A stretch of DNA of 63,581 bases, filler included, from Candidatus Omnitrophota bacterium (lineage in GTDB: Bacteria; Omnitrophota; Gorgyraeia; JAGLLT01): NCBI GenBank assembly GCA_023140385.1. It is 4 parts of 4 records of this genome, joined end to end, with 100 filler letters (N's around TTAATTAATTAA, not from the genome) between each part and the next. Parts side by side here need not be neighbours in the genome. Positions count along the whole stretch, not along the records: positions 1 to 30,470 come from JAGLLT010000016.1; positions 30,571 to 41,730 come from JAGLLT010000017.1; 2 more parts are not named here. One strand, given 5' to 3'. Of this stretch, positions 28,000-38,533 are shown one piece after another; the first letter of the stretch is position 1, and every line of letters starts with the position of its first letter. The notes beneath the pieces are model-generated. The model did not search any database. It was not told the DNA's origin and worked only from the letters and a program-made list of their open reading frames with translations. Made by a program: the position numbers and the translations under genes.

Positions 28000-30084
28000 A
28001 TGATAAAGAAAATAACAATTGCTTTAGCGGGCAACCCTAACTGCGGCAAAAGCTCGATTTTTAACAATCTTACAGGGGCGCGCCAGCATGTAAGCAATTA
28101 TCCGGGTGTAACGGTTGAGAAAAAAGAGGGCAGGTTAAAGTATAAAGATTATGAAATAAATGTTATCGATTTACCCGGAACATACAGCCTATCGGCCTAT
28201 TCCGAAGATGAAATTATTGCCAGAAATTTCATTGTACAAAGAGAGGCTGATATTATCGTCAATATTATCGACTCCTCTAATCTGGAAAGAAACTTGTATC
28301 TAACAACACAATTAATGGAATTGGACGTGCCTCTCATATTAGCTATGAATATGAGTGATATCGTTGAAAAAAAAGGCGAGCATATAGATTATTCTGAACT
28401 TTCAAAACTTTTGGGGCACCCGCTTATACCCACTGTAGGCAATAAAAATAAAGGAACCCAAAAGCTTTTGGAAACCATCATCGGAGTTTATGAAAAGAAG
28501 ATTGAGTTTGAGAAAGTTTACGTAAATTACGGAGCTGAGGTGTGGGAGGAGATAGATAAGATAAAAAAGATACTTATCAAAGATGAGGCCTTAATTAAGG
28601 CTTATCCTCTCAGATGGCTAATTATTAAACTTATAGAGGATGACCGGCTTGTTTTAGATGTTGTTGAGAAGTCGGCTGTTGGCGGGGAAGTCGTTGAACA
28701 GGCGGAAAAAAGCCGGAGACATCTAAAAGCGCATTTTGGCGATAGTACAGATGTCATTGTGGCTGAAAGAAGATATGGTTTTATAAGCGGCGCCTGCACT
28801 CAGTCGCTAAAGGTATCTGTTGAGGATAGGCACACTATATCCGATAAAATAGACAGGATTACTTTAAACAGATTTGCCGGCGTGCCTATTTTTGCCGTTG
28901 TCATGTATCTTGTTTTTAAATTTACCTTTGTTTTATCAGGGCCCGTTGTGGGATGGTGTGAAGGTTTTTTTAATTGGCTGGCGGGAATTGTTGGCGGCCT
29001 AATTCCCCAGGTGTTACTGCGGTCTCTTGTAGTTGACGGTATTATTGGGGGAGTCGGCGGCGTGTTGGGATTTTTTCCGCTTATTCTGTTTATGTTTTTT
29101 GCTATAGCTTTTTTTGAAGATTCCGGTTATATGGCCAGAGCCGCTTTTGTAATGGATAAGCTGATGAGTAAATTCGGGCTTCACGGTAAGTCTTTTCTAC
29201 CGCTGATGATATCGACCAACGGATGTGCCGTTCCCGGGATTATGGCCACCAGGACGCTGGAAAACAAAAGAGACCGATTGATTACTATGATGATTACTCC
29301 CTTTATGATTTGCGGGGCAAAGCTCCCTATATTCGCTCTTTTTATTGGAGCTTTTTTTCCGGCTGAATATAGCGCTAATATTATGTTTTTAATGTACGTT
29401 CTAAGTATTATTATTGCCTTTGGCTGCGCCAAGCTTCTGAAGACATTAGTTTTTAAAGGTGAAAGCGCCCACTTTGTAATGGAACTCCCGCCGTACCGCA
29501 TTCCGACATTTAAGGGCATCCTGCTTAAGATGTGGGAAAGAGGCTGGATGTACATAAAAAAGGCGGGAACGATTATCATTCTTGTTTCGGTAATTATCTG
29601 GGCGGGATTTACCTTTCCTCAGAATCCTGTTATAGAAGAAGGAAAGAGTTTGACGGAGGATGAAGTAGCGGCCTTGCAGATGGAACAAAGTTATGCCGGA
29701 AGATTTGGCCACGGCATTGAACCTGTTATTAAACCTCTGGGGTTGGACTGGAGAGCCGGCGTTGCTCTGACAGCAGGCTTTGCCGCCAAAGAGGTAGTGG
29801 TCAGCACTTACGGGACTATGTACAGTTTGGGGGAGGTTGACCCTGAAGAGGCAGGCTCTTTAAAGGAATCTATCGGAAAGGATGCTTCATGGAATCCGCT
29901 TAAGGCGATGTCTTTTCTCATCTTTTCCCTTATTTACATTCCCTGTGTGGTAGTGATGGCGGTTTTTCATAGAGAAGCGGGTTCTTCCTGGAAGTGGACC
30001 TCATTTATGATTTTTTGGACAACTGCCTTAGCCTGGACGGCATCTTTTATTGTTTATCAGGCAGGTTTGCTTTTCGGCCTGTAG
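28000..30084 (+). CDS. feoB: Ferrous iron transporter B
   Basis: GNPNCGKS, NYPGVTVE, DLPGTYSL, NMSD, EDSGYMAR, FVMELPPY, AKEVVV, YIPC. Confidence 0.96.
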   Translation: MIKKITIALAGNPNCGKSSIFNNLTGARQHVSNYPGVTVEKKEGRLKYKDYEINVIDLPGTYSLSAYSEDEIIARNFIVQREADIIVNIIDSSNLERNLYLTTQLMELDVPLILAMNMSDIVEKKGEHIDYSELSKLLGHPLIPTVGNKNKGTQKLLETIIGVYEKKIEFEKVYVNYGAEVWEEIDKIKKILIKDEALIKAYPLRWLIIKLIEDDRLVLDVVEKSAVGGEVVEQAEKSRRHLKAHFGDSTDVIVAERRYGFISGACTQSLKVSVEDRHTISDKIDRITLNRFAGVPIFAVVMYLVFKFTFVLSGPVVGWCEGFFNWLAGIVGGLIPQVLLRSLVVDGIIGGVGGVLGFFPLILFMFFAIAFFEDSGYMARAAFVMDKLMSKFGLHGKSFLPLMISTNGCAVPGIMATRTLENKRDRLITMMITPFMICGAKLPIFALFIGAFFPAEYSANIMFLMYVLSIIIAFGCAKLLKTLVFKGESAHFVMELPPYRIPTFKGILLKMWERGWMYIKKAGTIIILVSVIIWAGFTFPQNPVIEEGKSLTEDEVAALQMEQSYAGRFGHGIEPVIKPLGLDWRAGVALTAGFAAKEVVVSTYGTMYSLGEVDPEEAGSLKESIGKDASWNPLKAMSFLIFSLIYIPCVVVMAVFHREAGSSWKWTSFMIFWTTALAWTASFIVYQAGLLFGL

Positions 30085-30135
30085 AGAAATGGGGTTTAAT
30101 TCCCGCAATATTCAAGACGTTCGCGTTTGCTCACT

Positions 30136-30284
30136 TTAAGGATTAAGACGCTCATTTTATTCGCTCTAAGGATTAAGTTTTTTTCACTTAATCCCTGCTT
30201 TTATTTAATCTTATTTTTTAATTCTTTAACTTAATCCTTAAAGCTCACCAATAATTTGTCGATGGTGAGCGTCTTAATCCTTAA
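30136..30284. repeat. 149-bp element bounded by perfect 19-bp inverted repeats
   Basis: TTAAGGATTAAGACGCTCA (30136-30154) and TGAGCGTCTTAATCCTTAA (30266-30284); internal GGATTAA/TTAATCC units. Confidence 0.75.
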
Positions 30285-30470
30285 TCCTGTTTTTGCTTCT
30301 TGATTATTTTATTCCCACTTTCCTATTTAACTTAATTAAAAGTGACCCCAATATTTTACTTGGCATTTTCGGCTTTAGGGTATAATATACCCAAAAGGGC
30401 ACAAATACTCCGAAGCGTATTAAATACGGTGCATGATAAAGAGAGAGGGAAATCCTAAATCCTAAATCCG

Positions 30471-30570
30471 NNNNNNNNNNNNNNNNNNNNNNNNNNNNNN
30501 NNNNNNNNNNNNNNTTAATTAATTAANNNNNNNNNNNNNNNNNNNNNNNNNNNNNNNNNNNNNNNNNNNN
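30471..30570. other. Artificial contig spacer
   Basis: 100 nt: N runs around TTAATTAATTAA (stops in all frames). Confidence 0.98.
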
Positions 30571-31304
<734 letters not shown>

Positions 31305-31432
31305 ACACTTTTTAGCTCTTCTCTAAATTTGATATAAAAAGGAAAGAACCTGAAAAATTTTCCTTACGTAAAAATAACAAAACAACTTTTTTAGTACTAA
31401 ATTCTTTTATCATAATCGGGAAGGCTTCTAAA

Positions 31433-32719
31433 TCATCGCTTTAACTTAAAGATCACTTCCATAAAGCCCGGGAAGGAAGTTTTTATACAGGCCGTATCCA
31501 GAACTGTAGTTTCACCTTCCGCCGCTAATCCGGCAATTATCATACTCATAGCCGTACGGTGGTCGCCGAAACTTGAAACCACATTACCCTTCAGAACTGT
31601 CGGACCTTTAATTATTACATCGTTCCCTGTAACATTAACGCTGGCTCCCAGCTTTCTCAGGCCGCGAACCATAGAATTAATCCTGTCCGTTTCTTTTACC
31701 CTCAACTCCGCCGCGTCTTTTATTATACTTTCACCGTCGGCTTGCGTGGCGGCTACCATTAAAACAGGAATTTCATCAATTAACCTCGGAATCAAATTCC
31801 CATCGATTTTAAACGGCTTTAAACCTTTTGATTTTACTATAATGTCAGCTTGCGGCTCAAAAGAATCCGAACTTATATTTGTTACTTGAATATCAGCCTG
31901 CATAGCTTTTAATATCTCAATTATACCGATCCTTGTCGGATTAACGCCCACACCCTTCAGGCACAACTCAGCGTTTTTTAGAATTGCCGCCGCTACCATA
32001 AAGAAGGAGGCGCTGGAAATATCCGATGGAATCTCAACTTTATCTGCCGCTAACTCCGGCCCCGGCCTGAGGGAAATACTTAATCCCTCAACTTTTAAAT
32101 CGGCTCCGAAACGCGACAACATACGCTCCGTGTGATCGCGGGACTTAAACGGTTCAGTAATCGTAGTTGTTCCCTCAGCATAAAGCCCGGCAAGTAAAAT
32201 AGAGGATTTCACCTGAGCGCTGGCTATAGGGCTTTGATAATCAATGGCCCGCAAGCCGCGGCCTTTTACCTCTAAAGGAAGATAATCGGCATCTTCCTTT
32301 CCGGCAATTACCGCCCCCATCTGCCGCAAAGGCATAGTAATTCTTTTCATTGGCCTTTTAGAAAGGGAGTCATCACCGGTCAGTATTGACACGAATGGGC
32401 TTCCTGAAAGCACGCCGGCCGTCAACCTCAACCCCGTTCCTGAATTTCCAAAATAGAGCGCGCCGGCCGCCTTCTTAAGCCCCCTTAACCCTCTGCCTTT
32501 GACAATTAAAGACAGCTTCGCCGTCTCTATTTCAACACCCAGCCTTTTAAAAACGTCTACCGTCCATAAACAGTCTTCACTTTCTAAAAAATTATGAATT
32601 TCCGTACGGCCGCGGGAAATAGCGCCCAATATTACAGACCTGTGGGATATAGACTTGTCAGCCGGAACCACCACCTGCCCCGTAATACCTTTTAACTTTT
32701 TTATAATTACTTTTTCCAT
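31433..32719 (-). CDS. aroA: 3-phosphoshikimate 1-carboxyvinyltransferase
   Basis: DKSISHR, GNSGTG, SAQVKS, RDHTE, DISSA, ELRVKETDRI, DHR. Confidence 0.96.
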   Translation of the reverse strand: MEKVIIKKLKGITGQVVVPADKSISHRSVILGAISRGRTEIHNFLESEDCLWTVDVFKRLGVEIETAKLSLIVKGRGLRGLKKAAGALYFGNSGTGLRLTAGVLSGSPFVSILTGDDSLSKRPMKRITMPLRQMGAVIAGKEDADYLPLEVKGRGLRAIDYQSPIASAQVKSSILLAGLYAEGTTTITEPFKSRDHTERMLSRFGADLKVEGLSISLRPGPELAADKVEIPSDISSASFFMVAAAILKNAELCLKGVGVNPTRIGIIEILKAMQADIQVTNISSDSFEPQADIIVKSKGLKPFKIDGNLIPRLIDEIPVLMVAATQADGESIIKDAAELRVKETDRINSMVRGLRKLGASVNVTGNDVIIKGPTVLKGNVVSSFGDHRTAMSMIIAGLAAEGETTVLDTACIKTSFPGFMEVIFKLKR

Positions 32720-32731
32720 AAATTCACCAAT

Positions 32732-32763
32732 AAAAAATAAGGGCTAGCTTCAACTAACCCTTA
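32732..32763 (-). terminator. Intrinsic terminator-like hairpin just upstream of aroA
   Basis: Minus strand TAAGGGTTAG-TTGAAG-CTAGCCCTTA followed by T6. Confidence 0.6.
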
Positions 32764-32819
32764 AGTGCTCCGGGAGCAAATGTATAACTTTTTATTTGAT
32801 CAACCTCTGAATGTCCAAA

Positions 32820-33593
32820 TTAAAACACCCTAACTTCGTCATCCTCCTGAATTTCACCTTGTAGTTCTCCGGGTAAAATCTTAGCAGAAGACATATCTCC
32901 ATAAACCTCTTCTACCTCAACCTTAGCCAGTAACTCATCTTCACGGTAAACGCCGAATTGTATCCCTTCTTCAACTCCGCTGTCTTCACCTAAATCAATA
33001 ACAATAAAGTTGAATTCCCTATTGACAACCAGAACCCTTCCTTTATCATTAATATTTTGCGGTTTTACAACCACTGTTCCCAACTCAACCACTTCTTCGC
33101 CCACCGCTTCCATTCCGGCCGTTCCAATCTTAGCCTCGAGTGCCTTTTTAGCCAACCGGATCTGGTTTAGTTTACCTATAAGTTCTTCGTTCTCCATCTC
33201 AATTGAGGCATATTTACTCTTTAATTCACTTATTGTTCGCTCAACATCGTCAAACTCGCTTTTTAACACTGAAATCTCCGACTTCTTCTTGTCAAGATCA
33301 CTTTGGGCTTTTTCTTTCTGCCTTTTTTCAAGAGCCACGCTTTCCTCTAATTCCATAGCCCGCTCTTTAAAAGAAGACAGCTCCGTCTGTACCTCTTTCT
33401 TTTCAACAAGAATCTTATCCAGCTCTATCTGAACGGCGGCCTTCTTAGCCTCCAGATCATTTACCGCCGCCTGCAGCTTTACGACCGTCCGATGCTCCTG
33501 CTGCTGCATTACAAATAAACCTACGGCGCTAACAGCAAAAACTACGCAAAATATTATTAAAATTATCAATCCTGCCTTAGAACTTTGAGCCAT
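32820..33593 (-). CDS. Membrane-anchored coiled-coil protein with C-terminal FlgT-C-like beta domain
   Basis: N-terminal TM, long heptad region, GRVLVVNREFNFIVIDLGEDSGV. Confidence 0.65.
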   Translation of the reverse strand: MAQSSKAGLIILIIFCVVFAVSAVGLFVMQQQEHRTVVKLQAAVNDLEAKKAAVQIELDKILVEKKEVQTELSSFKERAMELEESVALEKRQKEKAQSDLDKKKSEISVLKSEFDDVERTISELKSKYASIEMENEELIGKLNQIRLAKKALEAKIGTAGMEAVGEEVVELGTVVVKPQNINDKGRVLVVNREFNFIVIDLGEDSGVEEGIQFGVYREDELLAKVEVEEVYGDMSSAKILPGELQGEIQEDDEVRVF

Positions 33594-33627
33594 CTCACCC
33601 TCCTTTTTAATAACCTAAATCAAGAAT

Positions 33628-33656
33628 AGTATAACACATAACCCCTGGAAATGCAA
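33628..33656 (-). promoter_or_regulatory. Sigma70-type promoter
   Basis: Minus strand TTGCAT-17 nt-TATACT with TG extension. Confidence 0.6.
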
Positions 33657-33699
33657 GGCAGCTTTTACTTTTGATTTTTTTCTTTTTGATACCGCTCTT

Positions 33700-33999
33700 T
33701 TAATCTGCTTCTTCAAGGCTTAAGCGGAGAATATTTCTTATTTCTTTTAGGAGTTCAATTATTTGGACATTTTGGTAATATATCGCTTTAATTTCAGCCG
33801 TTGTATAAATGCTATCAGGTGTTACCAAATCCGGCTTGCTAAGCATTTCTTCCTGAATTTTGTGAAACTTCTCAGCCATCATCTCTGCTTCCTGTGTTTC
33901 TTGAGAAAAGGAAAAATTGCCGGTATTTATTAAAAAAATTGAAATAAAGAACAAAAAAACTTTTATAAACCAAACCCCTTTCATCTTTAGTCTAAACAA
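33700..33999 (-). CDS. Small exported hypothetical protein
   Basis: Strong SD (AAGGAGGTG), signal-peptide-like N-terminus. Confidence 0.6.
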   Translation of the reverse strand: MFRLKMKGVWFIKVFLFFISIFLINTGNFSFSQETQEAEMMAEKFHKIQEEMLSKPDLVTPDSIYTTAEIKAIYYQNVQIIELLKEIRNILRLSLEEAD

Positions 34000-34062
34000 A
34001 AAATCACACCTCCTTCCTTTTTTGTCCGAAGATTCACTTCGGACAGACTTGAGAGAGTTCTT

Positions 34063-34518
34063 TTATTTAATCCAAAATAAAAAACTCGGCTCATCAATAG
34101 AAACTGACTCTTCGGAGTCCTGGTATTGACCCTGCAGGGTCAATACCCCTGCTCCCCTTAAAACAACTTTGCCTTTACTATGATTTGATATTGCGACATT
34201 TGACGAAGAATCGGGAGCAACTACACCAAAGACAAAATTCTCACTTGTCAAGGTAGAGTTTTCTCGTGTTCCGATATCGATAGATTTCGCCTTAAAAGTT
34301 GACTCACATTTTACACTAAGATCTTTCGCGTCAATGAGAACTTCATTTTCTGAGTTTGGCACAGATGCTGGAAACCAATTATCGTCGTCTGACCAACTCA
34401 CCCCGTCACCTGCGCCGCTCCAAGTCTTCTCTTCAGCGCAAACTAATCCACAATCCGCAATCCATACTCCATAAATCACGACCCATAAAAACCCAATAGT
34501 TACCCATAGTTTATTCAT
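34063..34518 (-). CDS. Exported beta-rich hypothetical protein
   Basis: Signal peptide, then TWSGAGDGVSWSDDDNW..P, a motif typical of the start of beta-helical passenger-like domains. Confidence 0.6.
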   Translation of the reverse strand: MNKLWVTIGFLWVVIYGVWIADCGLVCAEEKTWSGAGDGVSWSDDDNWFPASVPNSENEVLIDAKDLSVKCESTFKAKSIDIGTRENSTLTSENFVFGVVAPDSSSNVAISNHSKGKVVLRGAGVLTLQGQYQDSEESVSIDEPSFLFWIK

Positions 34519-34543
34519 TATAGTATCTCCCGCGCGCGCCCTC

Positions 34544-35755
34544 TTATGGCCTGACAAACAACCCAGCTCCATCTATATCCATACTTTTAACCTCAAGCAT
34601 AACTTCGCCTTCCAGTAAAACAAAATCCTCCATATCCGCGTCATCGTCATAATCATAAAGTCCGTTAGCGCCGATGGTAAGCAGGTTTAAACCTAAATCA
34701 ATACCCGAGCGGGGATATTCCGTATAAATCGGATAGCCGACAGGATACTCTATAGTATAACTTTCAATAATTGGCTTAGTGAGCCCTCTTCGTCCAAATT
34801 CAACCTTTAGCCTCCAGGACTTACCTGAGTGTGGGGTTGCTTCAATCTGCAAAATATCTCCATTACTTACTCCTGAAAAATTACTTAAAAGAAGGGTGTG
34901 GACATTACGGCTATCAGGAATGGGAATGCGGGTGTTCTCACTTAAAAGAAAATAACCTGAGTGCAAGGGTGCATTGCGAAGATTAGCAAAATTAATTAAA
35001 CTCAATGAGTACTGACCCAACCGCGCCTCAATAAAGATTTCAACACCGCTGATCAAGCTTAGGTCTTTCATATCCACCCATTCAAAGGAAGTAATTGGGT
35101 TATTGGTGTTATCATAATAACGCAGCCGCATATCAGTTATTTTCACTCCAAAAGGATTGCGTGATAGAATCAATCTTTCTCCTTTGTATTCAGAATAAAT
35201 TTGACCTTTTTCAGCATCCCACCGGATAGTCTTTACCACATCGGCATTAGCCTTTGAGTCAGGATGATATGTAAAACGCAGCTGGCTGCCAACGGGCACC
35301 GCGGAAGCTATTTTTACCCTTGAGGCGGAAGTATCTTCGGATTCAACTTTTACCACTGATATAAACCTGTATTCTTCTGTCTCAGGAAGCTTCACTTCTC
35401 CGATAGGAAGAGCCGTGCCCGGTTTAATTTTGCGGTTGAGAGTATAGATAAAGTTGCTTGTTACAACCCTGTGAATATCATCTGTCCAGGGAGGTACAAA
35501 TTCAACATAACCCGGTCCCGCCGCTTTAATTTCCAAAGCGCTCCTTAAGCCAAAACTTATTGGAGTACCATTAGCTGTCTCATCAATTGCTTCCCCTAAA
35601 ACCTTCTGCAAAGCAAGCTGGTCGCTGGAATATTCCCAAATATCCAAAGCAGTGCTGAAACTAAAATAAATTACAGCAGTTATTAAACCGGCAATGGCAA
35701 TGGAGATAAGTAACTCAATAAGGGTAAACCCGATTAGATTCTTATTCCTCTGCAT
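34544..35755 (-). CDS. Large prepilin-type protein (PilW/GspJ-like)
   Basis: MQRNKNLIG|FTLIELLISIAI class III signal; LRYYD and VEIFI..NLRN resemble a minor-pilin core, followed by an extra domain. Confidence 0.78.
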   Translation of the reverse strand: MQRNKNLIGFTLIELLISIAIAGLITAVIYFSFSTALDIWEYSSDQLALQKVLGEAIDETANGTPISFGLRSALEIKAAGPGYVEFVPPWTDDIHRVVTSNFIYTLNRKIKPGTALPIGEVKLPETEEYRFISVVKVESEDTSASRVKIASAVPVGSQLRFTYHPDSKANADVVKTIRWDAEKGQIYSEYKGERLILSRNPFGVKITDMRLRYYDNTNNPITSFEWVDMKDLSLISGVEIFIEARLGQYSLSLINFANLRNAPLHSGYFLLSENTRIPIPDSRNVHTLLLSNFSGVSNGDILQIEATPHSGKSWRLKVEFGRRGLTKPIIESYTIEYPVGYPIYTEYPRSGIDLGLNLLTIGANGLYDYDDDADMEDFVLLEGEVMLEVKSMDIDGAGLFVRP

Positions 35756-35819
35756 AACTTCTCTTACGTAGATTAGGTCTCCATATTCCATGTACGACAT
35801 GGAGACCTGATCCCCTTTT

Positions 35820-36179
35820 TTACTGCGTTTTTTCTCTTTCTACAAACTTTGTCTTTTCTTCGTCATAGATATACAACCCGGAACGGAACTTGTCAGGGTC
35901 CAACTTGTACTGGTCGCAAAATACCGCCTGCATCTGGCGTAAATTCGCTATTTCTTCATTCAAAAGCTGCTGAAGAACCGCCACCTTAATTTCTCTATTA
36001 CGCATAGCGTTAATATTGGCAACAAGTATATCTTTCTCCTGCTTGGCTTCCTGAGAAGGAACCTTTATTTCCACCTGCTTAGCGGCATCAGATTTTTTAT
36101 CCTGCTTGCGTTCTCTAGCAAGCGCCGGCGTACTCAGTATCGTCACCATTAACATTATCATCAAAAAACATCTTACCAT
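35820..36179 (-). CDS. Small exported coiled-coil protein
   Basis: Signal peptide ending ALA, SD GGAGAGG. Confidence 0.65.
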   Translation of the reverse strand: MVRCFLMIMLMVTILSTPALARERKQDKKSDAAKQVEIKVPSQEAKQEKDILVANINAMRNREIKVAVLQQLLNEEIANLRQMQAVFCDQYKLDPDKFRSGLYIYDEEKTKFVEREKTQ

Positions 36180-36227
36180 CTTCCTCTCCTTTCTTGCGCA
36201 GATTACACTGCTCTTAGTTATAAAATA

Positions 36228-38501
36228 TTAATCCTTAACCTCCCTCCACATAAGCGTTCCTATACCCGTCTTGGCAATACGGCCAAAGACAACTGTACCT
36301 TTTTTAACCTTAAAATCGTATATTGATCGCGGCCGGATTGTAACTATTTCTGATTGTGTGTTACTCACCAAGACTTTAGCCACTCCCTTATTAAACTTAA
36401 CCGCATTTAAAACAGCAGAAGAATGGGCGCTGGAATCGGCATATTCTTCTTCCAATTCCAATGTTATCTCAAGGGTATCTTCGCAAATGATAACATTGCC
36501 TTCTTCATCAACTAATCTGATAGTCACTTCGGTAGTACCTACGGGCGCGACTGTAGAAATTACCTCTAAGGTTGCCTCCTTTACCTTGATACCAAGTTTT
36601 TCGCTTTGTAAGTCAGCTGTCTTATCTTCAAAGTAGACAGAATAAAATCCCGCTGAATTAACAGAGGTAACAAAAATATATTTACCCGCGTCTCCTGCCG
36701 TAAACTGATACTCACCCGGAAGACCCAGCCCTAACGTTGAGTATATCTTAATCTTTTCTAAATAGTTGGGTATAGGTACCTTTAAGCTATCAAGGGCGGA
36801 TATAGATATCTTCATCTTCTCACCAATATAGAAAAATTCCCTGTCCGAAGATGAGCTCTCAACCTCAGCCAAAAGTTCTGAAGGACGAAATTTAATGGCC
36901 CCGCTTAAACCATTACGAGCAGGATACACACTATCACAAACCTCTATCTTTATAGCCCCCCAACGATTATAAGAAACGTCAACTTCTGCTAAACCTTCAC
37001 TAAAGTCTCCCGAAGTAAGAGCAGTGGGTTTAAGCTCACCCGAAGACAGGCCCTGCGGCGAAACCAGGACAACTTTAAGTCCTGCCTGCCTCTGATAATT
37101 AGGAGTAACTTGCCCCTGAGCATTAAGGCCGCTAATACTCAAAGAAAAAGGTTTGCTTACTATTTGCTGACTTTCAGCGCTTATATTAAAACTTACCGGG
37201 ATAAAAAGAATTTGACCTGATTTACCGGTATTTAAAGAGTCATTTATATCTTTCACCATTATCTCAATTATACCGCAATCGGGATACATCGCGCTTAATT
37301 CTAATTTACCTTTTTCAAATCCCGAACTAACAGTAGGTGTAATCTGCATCCTGCCGGCAGCGGGCGCAATGTAATTTGCAAAGATATTTATTTCGCCATT
37401 ATATAATTCATCAACCTCACCCTCATCATCACGGGCAGTAATCTTTATATTGAAATATTCACCTGCCGCATGAGGTGTTGTAACCGCCACATCAAAATAT
37501 GTAGCTTTGGCTACAATCTTCTGCTGCTGCAAAGCCTCGCTCCAGCCTCTATCAGGATATTCCTTAACCGTAATAATCGGCTGTCCTGTTTTAGAATCCT
37601 TATAATAAAAAGACGCGCTTTGAGCATTTTCTTCGATGATAACCTGACTTACTGAATTCCAATTATCCTTGTCCAGAGAAAATTTTCCTTTCTCCGAAGA
37701 AGATTTAAGTTCCAGTGTAATATCGCGCCAGGAGACCTGCGGCTCAGAATAAATATTCTGCAACTGCACTGTAATGGGATTTGACGGCTGATCTTCCACC
37801 AGGGTTTGAGAAGCGCTAATAATTTGCAGCCTATCAACAAAATGAATAATTAAATCGTCTATATATGTTTCGTCTATACGCGTAGTGCTATAGACGCCCC
37901 CAAAACCTATTTGATTTAATGAATTAATAGTGGGATCAATAAAGGCAAGATTTTCTTTAACCGGAATAAATTCAATCATAGGCGCGCTTACCAACTCAAT
38001 ATATACGGCATAAAGATGTGTAGCAAAATTCAATTTCAATATAACCCGATACCATTCTGTTTCGGTGAAGCCCTTGCCGGTATCAACCCAGGAAGAACCG
38101 TCAGAGGTGTAGATTTTGCCGGAATAATCAAAAGTTACGGCCGCTATCTTGCCTGTTGGAATTTCTCTCGCCTGAGCGCCAATGCCCGGCTTTACAATAA
38201 ATTCTACCCAGCAGGGAGAAAGATTTCCATAGACAGCGCCGCGTAAAACATTAACCGCTGTTTCCGCGCCGGTTAACTCCAGGGCCTTACCGCTTCCTGT
38301 ATAAGTAGTAGAATCCTGGGTGATAACCTTTAAAGTTTCACCTTCATTTACAACCCAGTAATCTATGCCGTCAATCGTAGTATCATCCTGACGACTATCA
38401 AAATCCTCAAAATAGTTATCAGCGGCCCCGGCATCAACTGAACCTATTGCCGTAAATAGAAACAATATTATAAAAACTATTCTTTTAATCATCCTTAACA
38501 T
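36228..38501 (-). CDS. Exported multi-domain beta-sandwich protein (lectin-like N-domain plus Ig-like repeats)
   Basis: Signal peptide; FEDFD...WYRV...IDDL lectin-like pattern; repeated ITVQLQN, ITARDD, ISGLNA, ISALDS, IRLVDE modules with F..G motifs. Confidence 0.6.
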   Translation of the reverse strand: MLRMIKRIVFIILFLFTAIGSVDAGAADNYFEDFDSRQDDTTIDGIDYWVVNEGETLKVITQDSTTYTGSGKALELTGAETAVNVLRGAVYGNLSPCWVEFIVKPGIGAQAREIPTGKIAAVTFDYSGKIYTSDGSSWVDTGKGFTETEWYRVILKLNFATHLYAVYIELVSAPMIEFIPVKENLAFIDPTINSLNQIGFGGVYSTTRIDETYIDDLIIHFVDRLQIISASQTLVEDQPSNPITVQLQNIYSEPQVSWRDITLELKSSSEKGKFSLDKDNWNSVSQVIIEENAQSASFYYKDSKTGQPIITVKEYPDRGWSEALQQQKIVAKATYFDVAVTTPHAAGEYFNIKITARDDEGEVDELYNGEINIFANYIAPAAGRMQITPTVSSGFEKGKLELSAMYPDCGIIEIMVKDINDSLNTGKSGQILFIPVSFNISAESQQIVSKPFSLSISGLNAQGQVTPNYQRQAGLKVVLVSPQGLSSGELKPTALTSGDFSEGLAEVDVSYNRWGAIKIEVCDSVYPARNGLSGAIKFRPSELLAEVESSSSDREFFYIGEKMKISISALDSLKVPIPNYLEKIKIYSTLGLGLPGEYQFTAGDAGKYIFVTSVNSAGFYSVYFEDKTADLQSEKLGIKVKEATLEVISTVAPVGTTEVTIRLVDEEGNVIICEDTLEITLELEEEYADSSAHSSAVLNAVKFNKGVAKVLVSNTQSEIVTIRPRSIYDFKVKKGTVVFGRIAKTGIGTLMWREVKD

Positions 38502-38533
38502 TCACATCCTATTTCCGCTTTCATCCCCTTCTA

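Noticed and set aside
30471..30570. TTAATTAATTAA palindromes inside N runs (also 41731-41830 and 61606-61705) and ORFs running into them
   Set aside because: Identical 100-nt artificial spacers; ORF ends or starts there and cross-gap gene adjacency are artefacts.
34023..34045. Perfect 9-bp hairpin TGTCCGAAG-ATTCA-CTTCGGACA as a terminator
   Set aside because: On the coding (minus) strand it is followed by A/G (the next SD), not a U-tract; at most an mRNA stability element.
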